Shown here: positions 44,597-54,488 of the stretch, piece after piece
How positions within the stretch are numbered: position 1 is the first letter of the stretch
Layout: each line of letters opens with the position of its first letter
Assembly: GCA_963766715.1 (NCBI GenBank)
Contig: CAVYBH010000011.1
Span: 181,957-245,956, forward strand
Origin: an uncultured delta proteobacterium
Lineage (GTDB): Bacteria > Myxococcota > Myxococcia > Myxococcales > Anaeromyxobacteraceae
Length of the DNA stretch: 64,000 nt
Direction: 5' to 3'
The notes under the pieces: generated by a model
What the model was told of the DNA's origin: nothing
The model's input: the letters and a program-made list of their open reading frames with translations, nothing else
Databases searched by the model: none
Made by a program: the position numbers and the translations under genes

Positions 44597-45589
44597 GTGC
44601 CGACCGTGGGGACGTTCATCCAGAACCCGAGGCAGTTTCCCCGGATCCAGGCCCGGTACCGCGTGGTCGTGTCTCACGCGGGGGCAGGCTGGTCCGCGGA
44701 GACCTTCGACCTCTCGGCGACCGGCTGCCAGATCATCTCGCCCCGGGCCATGCAGAAGGGGGAGGTGGCGAAGCTGGTGATCGAGGCGCCGCAGCTCTCC
44801 CAGCCGCTCTCGGTCTTCGGCTCGGTGGCCTGGACGGCCGACAAGGGGCGCATCCGGGTCGGGCTGGCCTTCTCCGACCGGCAACCGGACGGCGATCCCT
44901 CCGCCTGGTTCAAGCGGCTCGTCGCCAACCAGCCCGGCATCGAGGGAACGATGCGGCGGGTCCCGGAGCGGCTGCCGGCGGACACCAAGCTCTTCCTCCG
45001 GCCCCCGCCCCGCTTCATCTTCGACTTCGGCCCGGACGAGGTGACGCTGCTGAAGATGCTGGGCGACGGGACCACCATCGCGAACGTCCTCCGCAAGGGC
45101 CCGTTCGCCCCGGTCCAGGCGGCCCGGCTCGTCTTCGCGCTGCTCGAGCAGCGGGTCATCACCCTCTCGCTCGGCGAGGCCTCCCCGGCGTGGCGCTGGA
45201 AGGCGGCGCTCGCGGACTTCGAGTCCCAGGTCGGCGAGCGTCAGCTGCCGCCGCCGGTCGCGCCCCGGGCCGCCGTCCCGGCCCCGCCGCCGCCGTCCCT
45301 CGATCGTTCCTCGCCCGCCCGCACCTCGGCCGCCCGCCCGCCGCCCGTCGTCGCTCCCCCGGATCCCGTGCCCCCTCCCGAAGCGGCCGCTCCCCCCCGG
45401 CCGGTGACGGACCGCGGGCCCGAGGCGCAGGAGTGCCTCGATCTCGCCGTCTCGGCGGTGTCGATGGGGGAGATCTCGACCGCCATCGGGCTCCTGCGCC
45501 GGGGGCTCCAGCTCTCCCCGCGCGACCCGGAGATCTCCGCGCTGCTCGGCCAGCTCGCCTTCCGCGACCGCCAGGTCGGCCAGCGCTAG
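44597..45589 (+). CDS. PilZ domain protein with Pro-rich linker and C-terminal TPR
   Basis: RQFPR (RxxxR) and DLSATG (DxSxxG) c-di-GMP motifs; TPR AIGLLRRGLQLSPRD. Confidence 0.85.
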   Translation: MPTVGTFIQNPRQFPRIQARYRVVVSHAGAGWSAETFDLSATGCQIISPRAMQKGEVAKLVIEAPQLSQPLSVFGSVAWTADKGRIRVGLAFSDRQPDGDPSAWFKRLVANQPGIEGTMRRVPERLPADTKLFLRPPPRFIFDFGPDEVTLLKMLGDGTTIANVLRKGPFAPVQAARLVFALLEQRVITLSLGEASPAWRWKAALADFESQVGERQLPPPVAPRAAVPAPPPPSLDRSSPARTSAARPPPVVAPPDPVPPPEAAAPPRPVTDRGPEAQECLDLAVSAVSMGEISTAIGLLRRGLQLSPRDPEISALLGQLAFRDRQVGQR

Positions 45590-45601
45590 GTTCCGCCCTC
45601 C

Positions 45602-46324
45602 ATGTCCCCCATCTCCCTCGACGCGTCCTGGCCCGAGGCCTGGGCGGATCGGGCGTTCCGATGGCGGCTCGCCCTCACCGTTCCCGCGCTGGTGGCCACC
45701 CTGTCCGCGCTGGCCGCGCTCGTGAAGTGGGTGGAGCGGCGGCCCGGCGCCGTCCTGCCCGATCCGGTGCTGGCCTGGCTCGCGCCCCGCGACGTCACCT
45801 GGCCCGTGTTCACCCTCATCTACGTCGGGATCCTGCTCGCCGTGGCCCTGCTGGCGCGGACCCCGGTGCGGCTGGTGATCGGGGTGCAGGCCTACGTGGT
45901 GATGGCGCTCCTGCGCATCGCGGTCATGTGGGCGACGCCGCTCGACCCGCCCCCGGGGATGATCGTCCTCGAGGACCCGCTCGTGCAGCTCTTCGGCGGT
46001 GCGTCCCAGGCCCTCACCCGGGACCTGTTCTTCTCCGGGCACACCTCGACGATGTTCCTCCTCTTCCTGGCCGTGCCCGGCCGCTCCGCCAGGGCCTTCT
46101 TCCTGGCCTGCACGGGTGCGGTCGCCACGCTGGTCCTGGTCCAGCACGTCCACTACGCGGTGGACGTCCTGGCCGCGCCGGTGTTCGCCTTCGCGGCGTG
46201 GCGGATCGCGCTCGGCGGCTGGAACGTCGCCGGTGCGGCGGAGACCCACCCGTCCGGACCTGCGCTAGACCCAGGCGTGGGGTTCCGCCGGAAGGGCCCG
46301 CGAAGTAGCATGCAGCATGCCTGA
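45602..46324 (+). CDS. PAP2-superfamily sphingomyelin/IPC-synthase-like membrane enzyme
   Basis: LPDP, R...TPL, DLFFSGHT, HVHYAVDV motifs; multi-TM. Confidence 0.78.
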   Translation: MSPISLDASWPEAWADRAFRWRLALTVPALVATLSALAALVKWVERRPGAVLPDPVLAWLAPRDVTWPVFTLIYVGILLAVALLARTPVRLVIGVQAYVVMALLRIAVMWATPLDPPPGMIVLEDPLVQLFGGASQALTRDLFFSGHTSTMFLLFLAVPGRSARAFFLACTGAVATLVLVQHVHYAVDVLAAPVFAFAAWRIALGGWNVAGAAETHPSGPALDPGVGFRRKGPRSSMQHA

Positions 46325-46721
46325 GGAAGTCGCGCAGCCCCGCCGGGCACCCGGACCTGGAGTCCAAGTCCTCGTGGTGGACGACGAGCGCGTGGTCCGC
46401 CGGGCGCTGCAGCGGATCCTCGAGCGGGACGGACACACCGTGGCGGTCGCCGAGGGCGGTCGCGAGGCGCTCGAGATCTACGGGCAGGGGTGGAAGGACA
46501 TCTCGCTCGTGATCCTCGACGTGATGATGCCCGACCTCGACGGGCGCGAGGTGCTGCGCCGGATGCGCGAGCTGAATCCGGGCGTGCGCGCCATCCTGTC
46601 GTCGGGCTTCACCGTCGAGGCCGACCCCTCGCTCACCACGTCCGGGGCGGGGCTCCTCCAGAAGCCCTACACGCCCGACCACGTGCGCGCGGCCATCGCC
46701 GAGGCGCTCGCCTCGAAATAG
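46317..46721 (+). CDS. single-domain response regulator
   Basis: VLVVDDE, ILDVMMPDLDG, LSSG, QKPY. Confidence 0.92.
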   Translation: MPEEVAQPRRAPGPGVQVLVVDDERVVRRALQRILERDGHTVAVAEGGREALEIYGQGWKDISLVILDVMMPDLDGREVLRRMRELNPGVRAILSSGFTVEADPSLTTSGAGLLQKPYTPDHVRAAIAEALASK

Positions 46722-46739
46722 GCGGAGCGGACGGACGTA
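46715..46739 (+). promoter_or_regulatory. putative ECF sigma promoter
   Basis: GAAAT-N16-CGTA, ending 27 nt upstream of ATG 46766. Confidence 0.45.
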
Positions 46740-46765
46740 GGAGGCGGGACCCCGGAGGTCTCGCC

Positions 46766-47265
46766 ATGCACGCATCCGCAGCCGTCCGCCGTCCTCGCCA
46801 CCCTCGTCCTGCTCGCCGCGCCCGCCTCCGCCCGGGCCGGAGGCGACTGTCACCTCGAGGTCGGCCCCCGCGACCGCGTGGCGAAGGGGGAGACCCTCGT
46901 CATCCGCGCCGGCGAACGGGTGGAGAACGCCGTCGCCTTCCAGGGCGACCTCGTCGTGGAGGGCGATGCCGTGGTGCAGAAGGCCGTGGCGATCGGGGGC
47001 ACCCTGACCTTGCGCCCGGGCGCCCAGGTGAAGGAGGACGCCGTGGCCATCGGTGGGGACGTGCGCCTCGAGGGGGACGCCCGGGTGGGCAAGGACGCGA
47101 TCTCCCTGGGCGGCCAGGTGAGGCAGTCCGCGGGATCCCGGGTTCGCGGAAGCGTGGTCGGGCCTGGCCCTCCAGGCCGGGGCCTCCTCGCTGGCGAAGG
47201 AGATCCTGAAGGGCGTCGCGGCCGAGGACTGCCAGATCGTGACGAAGGGCGAGACCGGAGGGTAG
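46766..47265 (+). CDS. secreted bactofilin-like beta-helix repeat protein (two frameshifts)
   Basis: SD GGAGG; signal peptide VLATLVLLAAPASARA; repeats V..AVAIGG.V.L...A.V. Confidence 0.65.
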
Positions 47266-47305
47266 CGCTGGACGGCGGCGGGATGTGCTCTAGAATCCGC
47301 CGCCC

Positions 47306-48364
47306 ATGAGCACGACACCCGACGGACGGCGCCAGTTCGCGAGCGACAACTACGCAGGCATCTGCCCCGAGGCCTGGGAGGCGATGGCCCGCGCCAACCA
47401 CGGCCACGTCCTCTCCTACGGCGACGATCCCTGGACGGCCCGGGCCGCCGACCTGCTGCGCGAGCTCTTCGAGACCGACTGCGAGGTCTTCTTCGTCTTC
47501 AACGGCACCGCGGCCAACTCGCTGGCGCTGGCCTCGATGTGCCAGAGCTACCACTCCATCGTCTGCAGCGAGACCGCCCACGTCGAGACCGACGAGTGCG
47601 GCGCGCCCGAGTTCTTCTCGAACGGCACGAAGGTCCTCACCGCACCCGGGAAGCTCGGCAAGGTGGACGCCGCGGCGGTCGAGTGGGCGGTGCGGCGCCG
47701 CACCGACATCCACTACCCGAAGCCCCGCGTGGTGAGCCTCACCCAGGCCACCGAGCTCGGCACCGTCTACTCGCCGGACGAGGTGAAGGCCGTCTGGGCC
47801 CGGGCCAAGTCGCTCGACCTTCGCATCCACATGGACGGCGCCCGGTTCGCGAACGCGGTGGCCTCCCTGGGGTGCACGCCCAAGGAGATCACCTGGCAGG
47901 CCGGCGTCGACGTGCTCTGCTTCGGCGGCACCAAGAACGGCATGGCGGTCGGCGACGCGGTGGTCTTCTTCGACCGGCAGCTGGCCCGCGAGTTCGACTA
48001 CCGGTGCAAGCAGGCCGGCCAGCTGGCCTCCAAGATGCGCTTCCTGGCCGCACCCTGGGTGGGCATGCTGGAGGACGGCGCCTGGCTGCGCCACGCCCGG
48101 CACGCGAACGACATGGCCGCGCTGCTGCACGCGCTGGTGTCGGCCGTCCCCGGCGTCGACGTCCGCTACCCGAGGCAGGCCAACAGCGTCTTCCTCGGCC
48201 TCGAGCCGGCCGTCCGCGACGGCCTGCACGCCCGCGGCTGGCACTTCTACGACTTCATCGGCTGGGGCGGGGCGCGCCTCATGTGCTCCTGGGACACGAC
48301 CGAGGCCGACGTGCGGGCCTTCGCCGGGGACCTGGCCGAGCTCTCCGCCGCGGCGACGGGCTAG
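47306..48364 (+). CDS. ltaE: low-specificity L-threonine aldolase
   Basis: FASDNYAG, YGDD, NGTAAN, TQATELG, HMDGARFAN, GGTKNG, LASKMRF. Confidence 0.92.
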   Translation: MSTTPDGRRQFASDNYAGICPEAWEAMARANHGHVLSYGDDPWTARAADLLRELFETDCEVFFVFNGTAANSLALASMCQSYHSIVCSETAHVETDECGAPEFFSNGTKVLTAPGKLGKVDAAAVEWAVRRRTDIHYPKPRVVSLTQATELGTVYSPDEVKAVWARAKSLDLRIHMDGARFANAVASLGCTPKEITWQAGVDVLCFGGTKNGMAVGDAVVFFDRQLAREFDYRCKQAGQLASKMRFLAAPWVGMLEDGAWLRHARHANDMAALLHALVSAVPGVDVRYPRQANSVFLGLEPAVRDGLHARGWHFYDFIGWGGARLMCSWDTTEADVRAFAGDLAELSAAATG

Positions 48365-49588
48365 CCTCCGGCCCGCCGCGTCCAGGCGGCGGCGAAGAAG
48401 CCGTCGGTCCCGTGCCGGTGCGGGAAGAGGCGCAGGAAGCCCTCCGCGCCGGAGAAGCCCGGGAGCGCGTCGGCCGGGGTGAAGCCGGGAGCGGCGCGCC
48501 CGAAGGCGCGGGCCACCTCCTCGTTCTCCTCCCGGCGCAGCGTGCAGGTGGCGTGGACGAGCCGCCCCCCCGGGCGGACGTGGGCCGCCGCCCGCGTGAG
48601 CAGCGCGAGCTGCAGCCGGGGCAGGTCCGGGAAGCCGGCGGGGTCGATCCGGAAGCGCTGGTCCGGACCGCGCCGGAGCGCCCCCAGCTCCGAGCAGGGG
48701 GCGTCGACGAGGACCCGGTCGGCGAGGAGCCCGGCCGGAGGGAGCGCCCCGTGCACGTGAACCGCCGCGCCCGCCCGCCCGGCGCGGGTGCGCAGCCGGT
48801 CGAGCCGGGCGCCGTCCGGGTCGCAGGCGTGGACCCGTCCGGTGGGGCCCACCGCGGCGGCGAGCTGGAGCGACTTTCCGCCCGCCCCGGCGCAGAGGTC
48901 GAGCACGACGTCGCCCGGGCCGGCGAGGAGGGTCTCGCCGAGGAGCTGGCTCCCCTCGTCCTGGACCTCGAGGAGCCCCTCGCGAAGGGCGGCCAGCGAG
49001 AACAGGTTGGGGCGCGGGGAGAGGACCTCGAGCCCGTCGGGCGCGAGCGCCGTGGGACGGGTGACCACCCCGTCCGCGGCGAGCCGCGCCTGGACCTCGC
49101 CCCGGGTCGCGCGGGCGCGGTTCACCCGGAGGAAGATGGGGCCCGGGAGGCCGAGGGCGTCGGCGAGGAGCGGGGCCTCGCTTCCCGCCTCCCGCTCCAG
49201 CGTCCCGGCGAGCCAGGCCGGCAGGGAATAGAAGCCGGCCAGGTCCCCGGGCGGCGCCACCGGGGCGGGGAGCGCGCCCGCCGGCAGCCCGCAGAGCCGC
49301 TCCGCGTCCGGGCGCCCGGCCAGGTCCCGGACGAGCGATGCGAGCAGGAGCATCGGCGGCGCGTCCTGGCCGGCGTGCCGGCGCAGCCGCTCCCGCCACA
49401 GCCCGACGCCGAAGATCGACTCGGCGGCGGCCTTCCGCGCCGGGGCGGGGAGGTCGCGCCGGGAGCGGAGGAAGCGGTCGAGGACCCGCTCGGCGGGGGA
49501 GCCGGAGAGCACCGCGCCGATGCGGCGCCTCGAGCGCGGGCGCCAGGCCGTCGAGCGCCTCCCAGGGCAGGGAGCGCAGCCGGGCCAC
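48361..49588 (-). CDS. RsmB/NOP2 family RNA m5C methyltransferase (frameshift near 49520)
   Basis: QDEGSQ, DLCAGAGGK, VDAPCS, ATCT, ENE, TDGFF. Confidence 0.9.
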
Positions 49589-49608
49589 CGAGCGGTCGGG
49601 GAGCGGGG

Positions 49609-50277
49609 CTACTTGCGCACCTCGACCCAGAGGTATCCGCGGAAGTCTCCCTCCGCGTAGCCCACGGCCCGATCGGCCGGGTAGCGCTGCGCCAGCGCGT
49701 CCTTCACCTTGGGTGACATGGAGGCCGGGGAGCCGTGGCAGCCCAGGCAGGCGGGCTTCACGGCGATGGGCAGGAGGACCCCCAGGTTCCCGCCCAGGTC
49801 GACCGCCACGCCCGGGACGTCGGCCGCCTTCTCCCCGGCCGAGAGCTGCACGAGCGTCCGGGCCCAGGCCGGCGGGGCGTTGTCCGGGTTGCGAAGCCGG
49901 TCGGAGGTGCGCCCCATCTTCACGCCGCCGGCCGACGCCGCCTCGGCGCCGATGCGCTGGGCCTCCGACGCGCAGACGTCGATCGCGGCGGTCGGTCCGC
50001 CCTGGGCGAGCGCGGCGCCGAGACGCGCCTGGAGCGCCTGCTGGAAGTCCCGCGCGGAGGCCTCGGCCTTGCGGAGGGCGGGCGACCACTCCGGAGGCGC
50101 CTCCGACACGGGGACCACGTCCTGCGGCGTCCCGGCGGGCGGGGAGGGCGCCTCGGGCCGCGGCTGGGGCGCCGTAGTGGCAGGAGCCGTGGCTCGAGGC
50201 GCGGCGGGGGAGGGAGCCGGCACGAGCGCGGCCGGGGGGGCGGAGAGCGCGACGGCGAGGACGATGGCGTGGAGCAC
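49609..50277 (-). CDS. DUF3365/Tll0287-like heme c protein
   Basis: Signal peptide; AIDVC, RTSDRLRNPDN, CLGCH, YPADRAVGYAEGDFRG. Confidence 0.85.
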   Translation of the reverse strand: MLHAIVLAVALSAPPAALVPAPSPAAPRATAPATTAPQPRPEAPSPPAGTPQDVVPVSEAPPEWSPALRKAEASARDFQQALQARLGAALAQGGPTAAIDVCASEAQRIGAEAASAGGVKMGRTSDRLRNPDNAPPAWARTLVQLSAGEKAADVPGVAVDLGGNLGVLLPIAVKPACLGCHGSPASMSPKVKDALAQRYPADRAVGYAEGDFRGYLWVEVRK

Positions 50278-50365
50278 GGGAGCCTCCGTGGGAATGCGAG
50301 GACTCTAGCCCAACCCGCCGGCGGGGGTGTTGCGCCCGGGTCGAGGTCTCTGGGACAACGGGCGG

Positions 50366-50848
50366 ATGTCCATCCTGCTCTACGTGCTCGGCGCGGCGCT
50401 CCTCGCGGGCGGCGTGGCCGGGCTCGTCCTGCCGGTGCTCCCCGGGGCCGTGCTGCTCGTCGCAGGCGTGGTGGCGCTGGCCTTCGCGGGGAACTTCACC
50501 GCCGTGGGATGGGGCACGGTCGCCTTCGCCGGGGTGATGGGGCTCGCCATCACCGCCGTCGACTGGGCGGCCAGCGTGCTCGGCGCGAAGGCCTTCGGGG
50601 CCTCGAAATGGGCCATCCTGGGCTCGGCGGTGGGGCTCGTGGCCGGGCTCTTCCTGGGGCTGCCCGGCATCGTGCTGGGGCCGCCGCTGGGGGCGCTCGT
50701 CTTCGAGTACGCGAAGGACCCGAGCTTCGAGCGGGCGCTCAAGGCGGGCTTCGGGGCCTTCGTCGGCTTCCTCGCCGGGAGCGTCGTGAAGGTGACCCTC
50801 GCCTTCGTCCTCCTCGGCGTGGTGGCGCTGCGCCTCTTCCTGGGCTGA
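50366..50848 (+). CDS. DUF456 (YqgC-like) membrane protein
   Basis: LPVLPG, AKAFGASK, GIVLGPPLGA. Confidence 0.82.
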   Translation: MSILLYVLGAALLAGGVAGLVLPVLPGAVLLVAGVVALAFAGNFTAVGWGTVAFAGVMGLAITAVDWAASVLGAKAFGASKWAILGSAVGLVAGLFLGLPGIVLGPPLGALVFEYAKDPSFERALKAGFGAFVGFLAGSVVKVTLAFVLLGVVALRLFLG

Positions 50849-50855
50849 GGCGCCG

Positions 50856-51682
50856 ATGGACTCCCTCCCCGGCCGGGTGGCGCTCATCACCGGTGGCGCC
50901 GGCGCCATCGGACAGGCGGCGGCCCGCGCGCTGGCCGCGGCGGGGCTGCGCGTCGTCCTCGCCGGCCGGAACGAGGCGGCGCTCCGCGCGGTGGAGCTTC
51001 CCGGTGGGGTCCCGCCGCTGGTCGTCCCTCTCGACGTTCGCGACCCGGGCGGCTGGGAGCGGGCGATCGCCGCCGCGGTCCGCGACCTGGGAAGGCTGGA
51101 CGTGCTCGTGCACAACGCCGGCATCGTCGAGGTCGGCGCGCTCGAGACACTGGATCCGGAGCGGCTCCGCGCCGTCGTGGACACGAACCTCGTCGGGCGC
51201 GCTCCTGGGCACCCGGGCGGCGCTGCCGGCGCTGCGGGCGAGCCGAGGGCGCGGTCGTCCACGTGGCCTCGCTGGGCGGGATCGTGCCGATGCCCTTCGA
51301 GGCCGCCTACGCGGCCACCAAGGCCGGCATCCGGCAGCTCTCCTTCTCGCTGCGCGCCGAGCTCGCCGGGAGCGGGGTATCGGTGTCGGTGGTGACCCCC
51401 GACTCGGTGGACACCGCGCAGCTGGCCGAGGAGCTCCGCCACGACGAGGCGTCGCTCTCCTTCGCGAATCCCCCCATGGCCGCGGACGAGGTGGGTCGCG
51501 CCGTGCTCCGGGCGGTCCGCTCCGGCGCGCCGGAGGTGCTCGTGCCGGCGGCCGGCGGGTTCGCGGCCCGCCTCGCCGCCGCCTTCCCGCGCCTCCTGCT
51601 CTGGCTCCTCCCGTTCCTTCGCCGGTCGGGAGCGAAGCGGATGGCCCGGATGCGGGGGGAGCGGCCGCGACGCCTGGACTGA
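50856..51682 (+). CDS. SDR family oxidoreductase (frameshift near 51197)
   Basis: TGGAGAIG, HNAG, YAATK. Confidence 0.88.
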
Positions 51683-52003
51683 CGTCGCGGGCCGGTCGGG
51701 CGCCCACTGCCGCCTTCGGTGCAGACCCCGGCCGGTAGGTGCCCGGGCACTCCCTCGGTCCCGCGCCGACGCCCGGACCCCCGGTGCCCGCCGAGGTTCC
51801 CTCGCCCCGGGGAAGCCGACAGCCAGGCTGTACGAAGAGTGAAACCGGACCTTCCGGGTGCAGCCTTTCTGCCGCACCCAAGAGGTCGTGCAGTCGGTGT
51901 TGCAGACGCGGACGGCGAAGGCGTACGCGAAGCAGTGGGGGGATGCCGCGCGACGGCGTCACTGCGCCGCAGGCCTCCTCGAGCCACCAGAGGAGGACAA
52001 GCC

Positions 52004-54406
52004 ATGACGTTCAGGTCCCGGTGCGTGTCGCGTCCGGAGGCGATGCTTCTCGGCGCGTGGATTGCCTTCGGTATCGGATGCGGAACGAGCGGAGGTGGCG
52101 GCGACACCGGAACCGGCACGGTGGGCCCTGCCGGCGGGACGGTGTCGCTGGTTGGAGGACCCAGCGTCCAGGTTCCCGCCGGAGCGCTCGCCGCCAGCAC
52201 GGAAATCACCATCCAGTCGACCGGCCAGACGGCGCCGTCGGGCGGCCCCATCTACCGGTTCTCGCCCGCGGGCACGACTTTCGCGCAACCCGTCACCGTG
52301 CAGATGCCGGTGCCGTCGGGCATGGCGGGTCCCCGGATTTACTGGACGGAGACGGGCAGCACGACGCAGTTCGACGCCCTGGCCACGTCCGTGAGCGGGA
52401 GCACCGCGAGCGCGCAGGTGAGCCACTTCAGCCTCGGCTACGTGGGGCCGGCGCCCCAGGTGGCGACGCCCACGTTCTCGCCTCCGGCCGGGACCTACGC
52501 GACGGCACAGTCGGTGGCCATCACCACCACGACGGCGGGCGCGACCATCTACGTCACCACGGACGGGACCGACCCCACCACGTCCTCGACCGTCTATTCC
52601 ACGCCGATTGCCGTGTCCGCCACCGGGACGCTGAAGGCCCTCGCCACCGCGAGCGGATTCACTCCGAGCGCGATTGGCACGGCCGCCTACGTGATTGGGG
52701 GAGCCCTGCCCCAGGCCGCGACACCCACCTTCAGCCCCGGACCAGGGAGCTACTCGACGGCCCAGTCGGTGACCATCGCCACCACGACGCCCGGCGCCAC
52801 GCTTTACTACACGACCGACGGGTCGACCCCGACCACCTCCTCGACGGTCTATGCGGCCCCGGTGAACGTGGCGGCGACCACGACCCTGAAGGCGATTGCG
52901 ACCGCCACCGGCTACACGCCCAGTTCGGTCGGCTCGGCGACCTACACGATTGGGGGAGCCCTGCCCCAGGCCGCGACGCCCACCTTCAGTCCCGTAGAAG
53001 GGAGCTACTCGACGGCCCAGTCGGTGACCATTGCCACCACGACGCCGGGCGCGACCCTCTACTACACGACCGACGGGTCGACCCCGACCACGTCATCGAC
53101 GGCGTACACGGCCCCGGTGAACGTGGCGGCGACCACCACCCTGAGGGCGATCGCGACCGCCGCCGGCTACACGGTCAGTGCGGTCGGATTGGCGACGTAC
53201 ACGATTGGGGGGCTGCCCCGGGCCGCGACGCCCACCTTCAGCCCCGGCTCGGGTACGTACACCACCACCCAGCTCGTGACCATCTCGTCCACGACGCCCG
53301 GCGCCGTCATCTACTTCACCACCAACGGGACCGATCCGACCACCGCGTCGACCGTCTACAGCGCCCAGGTGTCCGTGGGGGCGAGCGGTACGCTCAAGGC
53401 CATCGCCACGGCCACCGGCTACACGACCAGCGCCATCGGCTCGGCGACCTACACCATCGGCTCCGGTGGCGGGAGCATCGCATTCACCACCCTCTGCCAG
53501 GTCTCGCTCACCGAGGTCCGGAACCTCCTCATGACCTGCCTCCACGCCAACCCGGACTACGTGAACTCGCTCGTCACGAGCGGAGCCTTCGATTGCACCG
53601 CCATCGCGAAGGAGATCGCGGCGGGGCGGGTCGTTTACGACGGCACGCAGGCCACCGCGTGCGCCACCGCCCTCGAGTCCACCACCTGCGCGGCCTTCAG
53701 CGCGGCCTCACCCGCGGCCTGCGACACCGTGCTCACGGGCCAGGTGGCGAACGGCGGCTCCTGCTATCTCGACGAGGACTGCTCGACCGGCTGGTGCAAC
53801 TCGACGGTGAGCCTCTGCCCCGGCACCTGCCAGGCCTTCGCCCAGCTGGACCAGGGCTGCGCCACGACGACCTGTGCCAAGGGGCTGGCGTGCGATTCCA
53901 CGCAGACCTGCAAGGCCGAAGCGGCCGTCAACGGCCCCTGTCCGTGCCAGGCCGGCCTCTGGTGCGATTCGTCCGCCGCGTCTCCCGGCACGTGCAGGAC
54001 CCCGCAGACGAGCGGCACGTGCAAGTCGACGAATTCCGGACAGTGCGCGGTCGGCTATGCCTGCGTCGGGACGACCGGGTCCGAGACGTGCCAATCGATG
54101 GTCGGCCTGGGCGGTGACTGCACCGCAGGGTCCGACCTGTGCGGCCTGGGCTACTCGTGTGACGCGGGAACGCACCAGTGCGTGAGCTACTCCACGGTGG
54201 GCCAGACGTGCAGCATCTCGAGCCCGACCTGCATCGGGAGTTACTGCGAAGTGGTCTACAGCCAGAAATGCCAGCCCTACCTGCACATCGGCGACGGTTG
54301 CTTCCCGGTGGACAACGCCTTTGGCGTCTGTGGGCCCGGCGCGACCTGCGATTCGGGCACCTTCAAGTGCAAGGCTTCCCCGCCCGTGACCTGCCAGGCG
54401 CCGTGA
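52004..54406 (+). CDS. large surface lipoprotein: ZU5-like domain, 4 Fn3-associated/chitobiase C-terminal repeats, Cys-rich repeat region
   Basis: SD GAGGAGG; GIGC-GT lipobox-like; VGPAGG...VPAGAL...HFS; (ATPTFSP..G.Y...YYTTDG..PT)x4; Cys-dense C-terminus. Confidence 0.85.
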   Translation: MTFRSRCVSRPEAMLLGAWIAFGIGCGTSGGGGDTGTGTVGPAGGTVSLVGGPSVQVPAGALAASTEITIQSTGQTAPSGGPIYRFSPAGTTFAQPVTVQMPVPSGMAGPRIYWTETGSTTQFDALATSVSGSTASAQVSHFSLGYVGPAPQVATPTFSPPAGTYATAQSVAITTTTAGATIYVTTDGTDPTTSSTVYSTPIAVSATGTLKALATASGFTPSAIGTAAYVIGGALPQAATPTFSPGPGSYSTAQSVTIATTTPGATLYYTTDGSTPTTSSTVYAAPVNVAATTTLKAIATATGYTPSSVGSATYTIGGALPQAATPTFSPVEGSYSTAQSVTIATTTPGATLYYTTDGSTPTTSSTAYTAPVNVAATTTLRAIATAAGYTVSAVGLATYTIGGLPRAATPTFSPGSGTYTTTQLVTISSTTPGAVIYFTTNGTDPTTASTVYSAQVSVGASGTLKAIATATGYTTSAIGSATYTIGSGGGSIAFTTLCQVSLTEVRNLLMTCLHANPDYVNSLVTSGAFDCTAIAKEIAAGRVVYDGTQATACATALESTTCAAFSAASPAACDTVLTGQVANGGSCYLDEDCSTGWCNSTVSLCPGTCQAFAQLDQGCATTTCAKGLACDSTQTCKAEAAVNGPCPCQAGLWCDSSAASPGTCRTPQTSGTCKSTNSGQCAVGYACVGTTGSETCQSMVGLGGDCTAGSDLCGLGYSCDAGTHQCVSYSTVGQTCSISSPTCIGSYCEVVYSQKCQPYLHIGDGCFPVDNAFGVCGPGATCDSGTFKCKASPPVTCQAP
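52457..53461 (+). repeat. four tandem intragenic repeats, period 255/255/252 nt
   Basis: Units begin at 52457, 52712, 52967 and 53219; units 2 and 3 are nearly identical at DNA level. Confidence 0.9.
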
Positions 54407-54488
54407 GCCGGGCAGGGTGACAGACAGCCCGGGGCGGCGCACGGGAACGCCGCTCCGGGACGAGGAGCGCGCCCGGAAGGCGACCAGG

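Noticed and set aside
51690..51835. Cobalamin or c-di-GMP riboswitch (GGGAAG, AGCCAGG, CCACTG fragments)
   Set aside because: Conserved elements are incomplete and not in the canonical arrangement
46850..51877. Very long ORFs such as the 1675-aa, 1063-aa, 1035-aa and 1007-aa entries in the track
   Set aside because: Arg/Gly/Pro-rich shadow frames of high-GC DNA overlapping well-supported genes; some contain a real gene only in part
52457..53461. Repeats as a CRISPR array or mobile element
   Set aside because: In-frame 255-nt coding domain repeats without spacers; no cas or transposase genes
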